From the NCBI GenBank assembly GCA_013265495.1, contig MU058781.1, forward strand, positions 9,901,009-9,965,008: DNA of 64,000 nt, in the 5' to 3' direction. The notes beneath the pieces were generated by a model that was given only the letters and a program-made list of their open reading frames with translations, searched no databases and was not told the origin of the DNA. This stretch comes from Vicugna vicugna (taxonomy: Eukaryota). A program made the translations under genes and the position numbers. The first letter of the stretch is position 1. Every line of letters starts with the position of its first letter. Shown one piece after another: positions 25,636-37,900 of the stretch.

Positions 25636-27425
25636 ACTCAAAAGTTATCCTGCCGGTAGCAGCTAAAGGAGGTTGTGAGTGTTCTAGAAGGGGCTGAAGT
25701 GCAGTGTAAGTGGTCTGGAAGCCTAATTGCTTGAGAGCCAGGTAATGAATCTGCAATCTCAAGGTTAATGGCTGAGCTTGTTTTTAACTTTGAGATTAAA
25801 AATACTTCTAAAATCTTTTTATAGCAGTTTCAGTAGATGATAAATTCAGAAAGTGTAGAGTTGAGAAACTATTATCATCGTTGCCTCTTCCCTGATGAGT
25901 TCTTTTTCTTGGTTTGCATAATCACCTTGTAATCTTTAAGCTTTGCTGAATGTTTTCTATGGAAAACATTATAAAGTAGATGATGGTTCTGACAGCTGAA
26001 GAAAATGAAAGGGATATTGTTTGTGTTTAATAGGGTAAGAATGAAAAAGTAATTGGTTAACATAAATGAAAACAATGCAGAGATCTGTATTGTCTGGACG
26101 CTTGGCTTGTCACAGGGTTGAGACAGCATGTTTTTTTACTCGCAGGCTTGCCAGTTAAACCCTTTCTGTATGTTTCGCCGAAGCTGAACGTAACAAAATT
26201 AATAAATAAAAAGCCAGGATCTTGCAGAATTTCCATCAAGCTTCGGGAAATCTCTTTTCTTCTATTTTGTTCGTACTAGTTTTGGTCTTTCTTCATGGGA
26301 CATTTCTGAATTTAATTTAATTATATTTATGGATTTGCCATTCAGTCTTTCCTATTCATGCTTATTTGTTTGTTTGTTGTTTGTCTTTCACAGTAAAGTT
26401 GGTTTGTCTCTTTATTGAAACTCATTTTAAGCTTCAAGGCTACCTCTTACTCCAGTAGACTTTCCCTCTGACACCTGAAGGGCGTTTTGTGCATTTTGTG
26501 TAGGGCATTGATAGCTGGAAACAGTTGAGCCCCTATTAGTCAGTTCAACCTGGCAAGATATGGATTGAGCCCTTTTGATCCAGACACGTGGTGCTTATCA
26601 CTGGAACTTAAGAAAATTGCCTGCTTCCCCAGCCATCTCGTTTTTGTTGACGGGACCAGGAACCTAGATGATAGGGAACACAGGTGAGGGAGAGAAGATT
26701 TTGGAAGAAATACACGGTGCTCATCCAGAATCTTAGGATGCTTTGCTTACCATTAAAAAGAAAGTTCCTTAACGATTAAGGTTTGCTCTTTGTTCTCAAA
26801 ATGCTTTTAGATTCCTCGTTCATGGAAAGTTCAGGTCAACAGCTAGAGAGGACCACATTACGGACACTTGAGTGTGTTTGTGTGCTTAGGAAAAGGTGGT
26901 TGGTGCATACCAGCCATACCAGCACACACGTTACACCTCGGCCCTCTTCCGAGCCCTTCAGGAAAGTCAATGGGATCTTTGTGTCAACAGGTAGCAAAGA
27001 ACTGGGCTCATTGTGTTTGCTTCTTTGCCTTCGGTCACCTGCATTTGGATTTTAATCTCCTAAACTAAGCCTTGGTGAGTCATGACGGCCTGATTGTCCC
27101 CTCAGTCTGTCCAGGCCTCTTCCTTGGAAAGCCTCAGTCATCTGTGTTTTAAGAGGGTACAGATTGGTAGGTGGTGCTGCCCCCAGCTAATGTGTTAGGA
27201 ATTAATGAATTGTGCCTGAGACTGGCATTGTTTAGGGGCTAGCAGCTGTTTAGGGATTAGTAATATGAAGAAAATGAGAGGAAAATGAGATTGGAGAAGT
27301 TATTTATAATGTGGTGGCAGTCCTATTAGAGGCTCGATAGAAAGTTTTTAGGACAAAGAGCTTTAGAAATTCATTCTCATTTTTAATCAGTCCCGTACTT
27401 TTTTTTAATTATCATGATTTTATTC

Positions 27426-27613
27426 TTTTTTTAAACATCTTTTTATTGAGTTATAGTCATTTTACAATGTTGTGTCAAATTCCAGTGTAGAGCACAATTT
27501 TTCAGTTATACATGAACATACGTATATTCATTGTTACATTTTTTTTTGCTGTGAGCTATCACAAGATCTTGTATATATTTCCCTGTGCTATACAGTATAA
27601 TCTTGTTTATCTA
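27426..27613 (-). mobile_element. Young camelid-type L1 3' end
   Basis: 'ttattgagttatagtcattttacaatgttgtgtcaaattccagtgtagagcacaa...ccctgtgctatacagtataatcttgtttatcta'. Confidence 0.85.
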
Positions 27614-27715
27614 TAATGTATGTTTTAATCCACATGCTGCAAGAAGATGCTGTTTTATCAGCGACTTCTTAATGTTCAGAAATCTTTGTGTAGATGTTCT
27701 TCCTTCACTGAGATG

Positions 27716-27760
27716 TTTTTTCTTTTTCTTTTTCTTTTTTTGCTTCTTTTTTTTCTTTTT
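27716..27760. repeat. T-rich simple repeat
   Basis: (TTTTTC)n-like run read directly. Confidence 0.85.
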
Positions 27761-29519
27761 GCCATGAGGAAGTTTTGTTTGGCCTGAAGTAAATGAAACT
27801 TAGAGCCCAAAAGGCTCAGTTAAATTGAGTTTGAAACTGAAAACCCATGACACGCTAGTGAGTGCTGAGCAAAAATGGAGAATATTTACTGTGCTTCACC
27901 CCAGTGGAATCATTTGACTTTTCTAGTCCTATTTCCTCTTTGCTTTTAGAACTAGAAGATTAAAAAAAAATTATGAATATATAAAACTAAACCTTCTGAG
28001 ATATTAAATTTGCATACACTGAAACTCTTTAATAACTGATGCAGTAATTCAGATGAAACTAATGTTGGTCATGTGCAAACTTTGTTGACGGCGTTGCAAT
28101 GAAATGCCCTGGCACTTCATGTCAGCTGCCAACTGTCCATCATACAGATGCCACAATTGCGACTGACAGCCATCAGACCTGTGCCAGTTGTCAGCTTGCA
28201 AAGTCACAGATCCCACGGAGCTAGAGAAAGTATTGCTCCCTACTCTTGCCTGCTAGACCAGTCCCATGCTCCATTCAGGTTTGGGACAGCCCAGCATAAG
28301 CCCCCCTAGATAAAGTCAAGAAAACTCATTAGAGGCACCTGTTTAAGAACTTCACTGGAATGGAATAGTTATACCTGTCGACTCCCTGCAAGAAATTAGT
28401 TTCAATGTTAACGTTAAGCCTGATAGAAAATTCCAGCTGAAGTCAGAACACAGAAGTGGCAATGATTTCTTCATTGTAAGCTAAAATTGGTGTGCAGAAG
28501 AATGTTTTAGGGGAAGACTTTGAGAGCTGGCTGGCATTTTAAAATTGGTCTCTGCCGTCTGGTTTGGTACATTCCTTATCATAAACCTTGGTAATTACAT
28601 TTTGTACATCCCTGAGGCTTCAAGACTGATGGGACTGTGTTTAAGGAGAAGGAATGGAGAACTCCCAACACTCTGTGAATTCACCTTACTTGGCCGCATG
28701 CACTATGACAGCATCTCTCATCATTGTAGTAATCTCACATAGTAATGCTAGGCAGCATGACAATAAATTGCTTTTATCTTGGCACCCTCCCCTTTTTTTA
28801 AGCTTAAAGAGTTCCCTTGTAGCAAACATTTTTCCTTAGAAACTACGTACATTTTTCGTAGTGTTTCCTTGGGGGAGGAAATTGGGTAAGTGGATATGTT
28901 TTTACATCTATTTGGTATTTTAGATTTTGGTAAAGAAAATAAATGCTCACGTGTTCAGGGCTTCCCTTGGTTCTAAACATTTACTGTTACCACATGCACA
29001 TACCTATCTTAATAGTTTTATTAAGAAGGTCTAGCTTTATGCTCAATGTGAAAAGTGAGGATTGGGTCATAATGGGAGGACAAGAAAAGGTAGAGATAAG
29101 GTGAAAATATTGATGTTACCTAAAACGTTTTAGATAAGGTTTTTGTACACATATAGTCTTGGTGACTAATTGATGCTGTTGGTTTTTACTCTGGTTATGA
29201 AGTTGGTCCTGTTTGGACATGAAAGTTGTTTTGTTTCCATTTTGCTTGAATTAGAAGAGAAATTCTAGTCCTTTGTGAATCTTCGTGTTCTCAGAAAAAC
29301 AGTGAAAGCAGCATTCAACATCAAGCTTCCTTGTATGAGATGGTCATTCAGATTCTAAAGGTCTTAAACCAAAGTGAGGAATTAAGTCAATGCGAGGTGA
29401 ATAAACCTCATAATAGCATGTTAAAATTTACAGGTGAAATCAAGTGAGTGTAGTAGATTTTTTTTTCCATTTGGACATTTGATGCTTTGACACATTGGGC
29501 GTCTGTTGAAAGAGCTAGA

Positions 29520-29727
29520 ATGGTTTAGTAGTATGTCTTAGATGCTTTAAATATGTCACTTTATTGATCCTAGTAACAGCTCTTGAGGCAGGTACCAGTA
29601 TTGTCTCCATTTGTAGATAAGGAACTTGAAGACTCAAAAGTTAATCAGTTTCTTCAAAGTTGACCAGTTAATTGTGAACACGAGATCCAATCCAGGGGAC
29701 TCTAACTCAAGAACTTTTGCTTTTAAA
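29520..29727 (-). mobile_element. MIR SINE
   Basis: 'gatcctagtaacagctcttgaggcaggtaccagtattgtctccatttgtagataaggaact'. Confidence 0.75.
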
Positions 29728-30164
29728 TATTTTTAGCATTAGAGACGTGAATATGGCTAAAATTCTGTTGCTTCTTTGCAAACAAACCAGGTCAGTGGTT
29801 GTGTTTCTTCTTGTAACTGTCCATTAACCTTGACATTGTACACTCCAGGTTATTTCAGTGATTTGTAAGTTTTCTTTGGGTCCTTTGCTGGGTAGTAGGA
29901 CTTATATTGGAGATTTGTGACTGAAGACCTTTCCTGTTAGGTGTCTGCCCCAAGTCCTTATCTTAGGACTAAATTTTGACATCAAGTGGACCAGAAGGCA
30001 GTATCAGCCCTCTGTGGCCCCCTGGGAGAGTCAAAATGTCCTGGAGACTTTAGAGTGGTTGTTGCATCCAGGTCCTTGTACAAAAGTTTCCTAGATAATT
30101 AGCAAGCAATTTCTCACCCACAGGTTACTCAGTCTTAGGCCTAATTTGTAAAGTTTCTTTAAAA

Positions 30165-30315
30165 CTTTGGTATCCAAAATGTGGTGCCCAGAACCCCCAG
30201 CCCACACCTGGGAGAATGCTACAAATGAACATTCTTGGCCCAACTGAACCAGACCAGCTGAGCTAGACTTTTCTTTCAGTGATTCATATGCACAGTAAAG
30301 TATAAAAAGCTCTGC
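30165..30315. mobile_element. MER5-like hAT-Charlie MITE
   Basis: 'aaaatgtggtgcccag...cacctgggagaatgctacaaatg...gtgattcatatgcacagtaaagt'. Confidence 0.65.
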
Positions 30316-30354
30316 TTTGAAGAATGTGAGTGTCTACACTGCTAGAAGGTCATT

Positions 30355-30535
30355 CAGAGACGAAGACCCTGCTTCTGTCAGATATTCACTATGTAAACTC
30401 AGGCAAGTCACACAGTCTGTGAGCCTCAGTTTCCACAACTGTAAAAGAGAGGAAATAACTGGCAACAGAGGGTCATTGAAGGATAAAAATGGGGGACACA
30501 GGTAGAGCCCTTGCAGTGATGCTGGTGTAAGTTGT
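30355..30535 (+). mobile_element. MIR SINE
   Basis: Core 'ggcaagtcacacagtctgtgagcctcagtttccacaactgtaaaa'. Confidence 0.8.
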
Positions 30536-31071
30536 CAAATGACTCTGCTCAGCTAACAAGTCAAGCTGACCCTTTGTGGATGTGACATTTTATGGCAGGA
30601 AGATCTTGAGGGCAAGGACCACCCCATTCTTTTAGTCCTGTCCTCAGACTTCACCAGGGCAGCACGGTGTGGGCAGCAGTGGAAGAGGTGGGTGGAGTGG
30701 TGGAGGGTCACGTGTTCATGATGGCCAGAGGTCTGGAAGCTCTGATGTCAAGGAATGTTCTGGAAGCAGGAGGAAGGTAGAATTCAGGGAGACTTTCTAG
30801 CTTCAGCTTCATTTGTATATTAGTTTAATCAGTGTGTTCATAACACATGTGGGTCACCCCACATCTAACCCAAATCCAGAGGCCTGTTCAACATAAGAAT
30901 TGTAAAGGGGAAACAAGTCAGCAATAAAGGAATTAAAACCTAAGAGCGGAAACTAAGAAGATAGTGAAAAGGGAGTGCTGGCCACACCGAAAATCTGAGA
31001 GCTCTTTGAGGATATTAATGCACCCATAAGAAGTGTTTCATGGGCAGGTCTGTCCTTCTCTCTGCCTGCTC

Positions 31072-31201
31072 GGGGGTGTGCAGGTGAGTGCAGGGATGGA
31101 GTGGGGATTTTCCTATTGCCGCCGATGGCTCAGGGCACATTTTCAGAATGCATTATAAATACAGCACTTCCTCGGCGTCCTTCACTGTGGTCACACTTCC
31201 T
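31072..31201 (+). promoter_or_regulatory. Candidate TATA-containing promoter or enhancer
   Basis: TATAAATA at 31154-31161 with CA 30 nt downstream (A at 31184), kappaB GGGATTTTCC at 31104-31113, two ACTTCCT (ETS) sites, TGTGGT (RUNX), and several CpGs. Motif evidence only. Confidence 0.3.
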
Positions 31202-32712
31202 GATCGACATGGGTTATGTTACAATAGTTTCTTTCTGTTGACAGAAATGTAGTTGGCGACCTGAGGCAGCCTGCAGCTGGACCTTGAGCCAAAACAAACA
31301 CACCCTTGGGCTGGTCCTAGCTTCAGATGATTGTAGTTTTTGAATAGGTGCCCTGGCAGCCTGCACTGCTATCAGTGTTATTATTTCAATCTATTGTTAA
31401 ACTTTTTATCATTCTAGTAAAGATATACATTCCATGATAGGACAAGGGTTAGCTGAGTTCACTGAAAGAAGAGAAAAGGCACAGAGAGGTGGAAAGCTGC
31501 CTGGAGCAGCACTCTTCACCAAGGGAGTTCATGACCTTTAGATCACCTTTCCAGTGTCCTGCAGCCTGAGTTGTTTTTCGGATGATATGGGCCGTCTGAG
31601 CCCCTGAGTGTGAACTATGCCAACAAGATCCAGAACGTATCGGTTATGTTCTCCACCTGGTTTTAATTCTGGTCCCCTACAAGCAAGATAAAATTAATAA
31701 AAACAAATAGGGCTTCAGTTAATTTTTTCCCCTTATTTCCATGATTCATTTATTATTTCCATTTCTATTTTTGTTTTGATACGCCTGGGCATTGGGGATT
31801 AATGTGAACCCCTGAGATTGTAGCAAATGGAGGGCATCACAGTTCACTGTATTCTCTCTGCCTGCCTGCAATCTGCTTACTCATTTATTTTCTCTTTCTC
31901 CTTCTTGGAGATACTTTCGCTGTCTCCCTGATGCTTCCCGGCTGGAAACGTAGCAGCTGTGTAGGTGCTGGAAACTTCCACTGGGGCTTGTCTACTGTGT
32001 CATGCATCCCACTTCCCACAGCACTGCTTCCTCATCCTTTGCCCATTTCCTGCATTTATTTTTATAACTTTCATCTAACACTTGTCATCTGCCTCGGGTT
32101 GTTAAGATGCTGGCTTCTCTGACCAAAAGGTGTTGTCACTTGTAAAGTTTCCTCATTTGCACTGGCAACCTTATTTTGAGCTAAGGAGCTGAGAAGTCTG
32201 TGTTTATAAAATTATTTAATTCCATCCTGTCCTGCTCTGGGTCACTAAAGGATGATGACAGGACTTGATAATATCTCTCTGAATTTCCCCAATGCTAAAG
32301 AAGTAACCGGACTTCATGGTTTTCTCATAGAGAACCTTAATTAAAGTAAATGGAGACACTACCAAGCAGCCAGTTTCCTGTATCCCTACAATCTGTCCTG
32401 ACTCCCTTTTTACTCTGTCTTAACTTAAATGACCTGATTTAGATAAAAAGCAACAATTGCATCCTCTCTCTGCACCCCTCCTCCTAGACACTGGTCAACA
32501 TTGTCAGGATATCTGTAAGTTACATATTTCCTTCCAAGCTCCAGAGCAGAGCAACAAATAGATGATCTTTCTTCACCAACTAAGGTCTGGGCTAGAGGGG
32601 AGCCTCTGTTAACCAGCAAACTGGCCACTACATAAAACTCATTTGTGATGTTGCCAAAAATGCAACTATAAGAGAAATCTGCCAAAGAACTCAGGATTGC
32701 TTCTTCCCTACT

Positions 32713-32960
32713 ATGGGAGTGGAGGGATAAATTGGGAGTTCAGGATGTGAAGATATTACTATACACAAAATTGATGAACAACAAAGTCTTACTGTATAGC
32801 ACAGGAAACTATACTCAGTTATCTTGTAACAGCCTATAATGAAAAAGAATATGAAAAGGAATATATATATATATAAATATATATATAAAACTGAATCACT
32901 ATGCTGTGCACTAGAAATTAACACAACAGTGTAAACTGACTATACTACAATTAAAGAAAG
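32713..32960 (+). mobile_element. Cetartiodactyl-type L1 3' end
   Basis: 'gagggataaattgggagtt...acaacaaagtcttactgtatagcacaggaaactatactca...actgaatcactatgctgt...gtaaactgactatac'. Confidence 0.9.
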
Positions 32961-32984
32961 AGGTGACCCATCTTTTGCCTCTAC

Positions 32985-33205
32985 GTATTCCTATGTCTGG
33001 ATGCGAAGCCTTGCTCTTCTGTAGCCATTGTGTAAGCAGTTGGGGAATTGAACTGAGACAGAGAGTTGGGGCGGATAGAGGGTTTTGATGTTGAACTGCT
33101 GAATCAGCCAACCCTGAAATCTGCCCCATATCTACACATTTTTGTGTTGAGAGATAATGCATTTCTTTATTCTTAAAGCCATTAGAATGAGGATTTTCAT
33201 AGCCT
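32985..33205 (+). mobile_element. Old MaLR LTR 3' part (MLT1J/K-like)
   Basis: 'gaactgctgaatcagccaaccctgaa...taatgcatttctttattcttaaagcca'. Confidence 0.55.
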
Positions 33206-33213
33206 GATATCCG

Positions 33214-33640
33214 GACATGGCTTGACCAGGTCCTCTGCAAAGCTGTCATCAAGGGGCCAGCCAAGGTTGGGTCTTCATCTGGAGGCCCCCAGCGAAGGGT
33301 CCAGTTCCAGACTCACATGGTGGTTGGCAGAGCTCGGTTCTTTGCAGGCTACTGGGGGGCTTGACTTTTTTGCCAGCCGTTGGCCAGAGGCTGCTCTCAG
33401 CTCCTTGTTGTATGGCCTTCTCTGTGCGGTAGCTCACACCTCAGCTTGCTTCTTCAAAACCGCGAAGAGAGTCTCTTCAAAGATGGCTGTATAATCCCAT
33501 GGAATGCAATCACGTACATGTTGTCACCTTTGCTGTGTTCTCTTGTGAGAAGTCAGTCTCAGGTCCTGCCCACACTCCAGGGTAGAGGATCTTACAAGAG
33601 CTTGCTCATGGGGCCACCCAGGAGTCTGTTTGCCAGACCT
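33214..33640 (-). mobile_element. MaLR LTR (MLT1E/F-like)
   Basis: 'ctcacatgtggttggcagagctcggttctttgcag', 'ttggccagaggctgctctcag', 'caggtcctgcccacactccaggg'. Confidence 0.8.
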
Positions 33641-33764
33641 CCTCACTTTAAAGGTGAGCAAATAGGCCCAGAGGGATGATTTGACTTTCCAAAGATGGAT
33701 CTGCTTGCTAGAACAACTAGGGGTGGATGCTCCACTTCTTTTTTTTCAACCCAAGACGCAAGCT

Positions 33765-33940
33765 GCAAGCTAGCTCTGTGAAATTATCTATGTTGCTGAA
33801 TCTATTTGAGCCTCAGTTTTCTGATTTCTAAAACAAGGTTGTGATGTTATTTTTAGGAAGCTGTTTCAGAGAGTTTCATACAGTAACATGTGTATGTGCC
33901 TGTCAGGATTTCTGCAGATATTAGATGTTAAAAAATATTA
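33765..33940 (+). mobile_element. MIR SINE
   Basis: Core 'tttgagcctcagttttctgatttctaaaa'. Confidence 0.65.
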
Positions 33941-34865
33941 AACACCTTATGCTTCCTTCCCTTTTCTGCTCTATCGTAGTCTTACTCTCTTATCTTCTTA
34001 GTTGGGAAGATAAGAATGTTTAGCTTGTTTGTGTTTTAATTTTGAGTTTTTTAGAATGTTATCTGTTAGGTTGAAAATAATTGTAAGCAGGGTTTTTTGA
34101 ACCGTGTCAGGAGTAAAGACCTAGGTCCAGAGTCAAATGGGGATCCCTTCTTTAGAAGATGCTAACATAACTGTGTCTTTGCTTTGGCCACAATCTCTGA
34201 ACTTAAAGTCAAAGCAATTGTATTGCTGCATTGGGCTCTGGGGACTTTTTCTCCCTAGCATTTCGATTTTAGCTTTTTAAATCGAGGTCAGCCAGCTCCA
34301 GTGGAGGGCATTTTTTGATGCCAGCTGATCGTCATAAATAATACACCAATAACTGCTTTAAAAGGAGGGTACAGGCTGAATGGTTAATGAAAATTCCTAA
34401 AGTGGTGCTGTTATGCTGTGATTCTTGAGATGAAATTCAAAAATTTCCATGGGTTCAAGATAAGTTCACTCCATGAAGTCTGCATGAAAATTCTATTCCT
34501 TTCCTCTGACCCACGCTGAATTGTTTTATAGCAGAAGGTCAGTGGGGTATGCGTTCTTATTCACTACACTATCAGACCGCTGTCCTTTGGGGACCCGAGT
34601 CTTTGTACACTGGTGAACTGTCATGTGTGATATGAAAGTAATGTCTCCTGATAGACTTTGACAGAGTTAAGAGCCAGACTATTGTCCCCTTATGTATTAA
34701 GTTAGGCTCCTGAGGGAGAGATGTGTATTAAGAATGTTTCTACAATACATATGGACCTTTCTCCTAGGTTCTGATTTCCATGGTACCATTTTGGCCTTTA
34801 TTGCAAAACAGAATTGCTTTAGGTGAAATGATTTTGTAGTCTCTGCCTTGTAATGATCATAAAGA

Positions 34866-34985
34866 CAGCTTGTATTTATTGAGATCTGACTACGTACCAA
34901 GCCAAGCTTTGTTCTACGTGCTTTACAAACATTAAGTCACTTAGTCCTTTTAAATAACTCTCGCGATAGGCCCAACGATCTTTCG
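34866..34985 (-). mobile_element. MIR 3' half
   Basis: 'atttattgagatctgactacgtaccaag...gtgctttacaaacattaagtcacttagtcc'. Confidence 0.7.
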
Positions 34986-37900
34986 AGGCATGTGTTTTTT
35001 AAAGAGATACAGGTACAACATATACCACCAACTTATGTTTGTTTCTTATTTTGTCAGCAAAACACAAAATATTATTCATGGTCTTGCAGATGGAAGCAGA
35101 TATGGTCTTCTTATTTGTACCTGTCCAGTGCAGCATCCAACTGTTTTATTTACACTTGGCTTTTACCAAAATTAAGAAAGCCAAGGCATAGACTCTTATA
35201 GTGGATTATGGAGACTACCCCAGATTCTTGAGGATAAGGACCATTTTACATCACTTCTTATTTTCTTGCTCATAAATATTGTTCATGAAATATTATAAAA
35301 CTGGAATTGGAGTTAATGTAAATATGCTTCATGAATTATAAGTGATTGATATATTGTTATGCTATGGATTTACTAATTATGTACAGATGTTTCATACATA
35401 AGTAGAAGAAAAGAGCATTTCTTAAGATTTACTTGAACATGATAATTAAAATAATTGTGTACAATATTCAATTCAAATGGCCGATGACTATCAATAATTA
35501 ATATATTTAAACATTCTTAGTTTCATGAGCTTTTAGAAGGGATGCAGTTTCTGCTGGTATCAATAGCACTGTGCCTCCTTTTCTCAGCTGATTTTTATCA
35601 CAGGAGAGGTGCTTTCTCATAGTTTCTGTGTCATACACAACTATATTGTTACCTGTTTTTATTGGATTACCACTAACGAGCAGAAGTTTGCTTCTTCCCC
35701 TTGAGGCATGAAAGAGGATTGCATGCCTCTAATTTTGACTCTATAGAAAAACTACCGAATTACATAGTTTGAGTAATCACCTTTTAATGGAGGGCTCTAA
35801 CAAATCAGTCATCATCAGGATGGAAAAAATGATACTCTGCTTAAATATTCTGTGGCCAGGAGATACCTTGAATAAAAAAGTTATTTAATGATGAGAGTTT
35901 TTTAAGCTAATAGCTATGAATGATACTTCAAAGATAACCCATGGTTTTAAGTTGTTGCCAAGGCCTTTCTGATGTAGTAGTTTGCTGAATTCCACCTGGT
36001 TTAACGTATCTTAGCATCTTCCAGAGGCCACATAGAAATGAAAATCCAGTGTTAGAAGTCATTTCAAGGAAATAATATGCGTTATTATTTTGAGAATTAT
36101 TCAAAGAATCTAGATCCAGCAGAGCTTCGGAGTTACGTGTCAGTAACTGGGCAAGCTGCTTTTTGTTCCTCAGTGCCAGAATAACTAGGTAACAAAGAAC
36201 AATGGATTTAGTTTAAAAGTTTTATTTCTCCCATGAATGTTCATGAGCATTAGAAACACAGAAATGGCCATGATTCTTCACATGGCATCTTCATATTCAA
36301 TAGACAGCTAACATTTTAACTGAACAGATAGGTTCATAAGTAGCTTGGGTGCTAACAGATGGTGATATTTCCAATTATAGGCCCCTACTATACAGTAGAA
36401 TGTCTGATTTTTTTAAAAATTTACTAACACAAAACAAAGGTCTCTTAATGTCCATTTCCTAAAATATCTGAAAGAAGTTGCAAAATAGTTGAAGGTGTGT
36501 GATATAACTAAAGGGGAAAAAATGTACTACAGTTGATAATCACAAGAATATGTTATACTTAGGAAAATCAAGGCATGTGTATTGTGGGAGAGATTTGCTG
36601 TCTTTCAAAGCCTTATACCTGGGCTTGCTTAGATCTTCAATGCCTGGATCAAATTAGTATATCCCAGGAGAAATCAGCAGGGCCGATTACATTCTAGATT
36701 GAAAATCCCTGGAAGAGGCGCTTTCTCTTGAAGTCTATAGTGCGTGTAGTGTGGGGCAGCTGTCTACTCAACTCTTAATGAGTTGCTTAACCAGGAGGTC
36801 AGATAAAAGCATAAGCATCTGGAGAGAATTAAATTCCAAATTTCTGATGTGTAGTTTTAATATTTAATGTGTAGTTCCGTATTTGTATGTGTATATGTGT
36901 GTATGTAAACTTAAGAACGCGGTTGAAGAGGAACTTTGTATACTTCAACGGTGAGCTGCTTACATTCGTCTCTACCTGAAACATGGTCGTTAACCCTATT
37001 TCAGTATTTTTTCCTTTGAAGTGTGCTTTGATTTGCATTTCTCTGTACTGTATTTTGCTTTGAACTAATACCTATAGGTGTAACTATTTGGCTTGCTTGT
37101 TTGAATTCTAATAGTTAATTAACAAAGTGAAAAAACAAAGGTGTGTGTTTAATTTATGTCAACAAATTTATTAAAATTTTGTTTTAAAATTAAAATGAGA
37201 TTTCTTTGATTTTTAACCAGTATTTGTCTTTTTTTTTTCTTGAGGTTTTCCCAGGGAAAATTCCCTAATTAACTAATTAACCTATTGACATTTCAAATTA
37301 ATTTTCCACCTCAAACATGCTATTATAATTAGAGAAATAAGACTGGTTAGAATTAAGGGTTAACCTTTACATTCTCTAATAATAAAACTGTGTAAAAATG
37401 GCATTCATTATTTGTTACCCTAATTCTCTGTGTGTATGAACAGGGAGAGTAAGTCCAGGGTGTGTGTTAGTAAAGTTAGGCAGACACAGAAATACGTCCA
37501 CAATCAACTAACAGACATTTGTGTGTGGAACCTCTGTGTTGGTTTATATACAATAGAATCATTTTCTGTTGGTAATTGCTAACTTTTCAGCATGAAATTG
37601 CCGAGGGGATGGCCTAACTTTACAAATTGTTAACCCTTTCTCCTAGTATTTTATGATTTCTCAAATTCAGCTTTTTTAAAAATAGAAACAGATTAACAAA
37701 ATTTAAACACCATTCTAATTAATGATTTGAAGTTTAGCAGCATTAGAATTGCTGGGAAAACAGGTTTTCATTAGGAAATTAACTTTCTTCCAGACAGAAA
37801 TTAGATTTGCTTCTGGTTTGTGGGCTAACACCTAAGTAGTTAAAAGAAAAAAAAATCTGAAATATAGTCTTTAATTTGACAAATATGAAGATCTTTTGAA

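Noticed and set aside
28841..28891. Possible short exon between 'ttttccttag' and donor GG|GTAAGT
   Set aside because: Short pyrimidine tract, no recognisable peptide and no other support; expected by chance in 64 kb.
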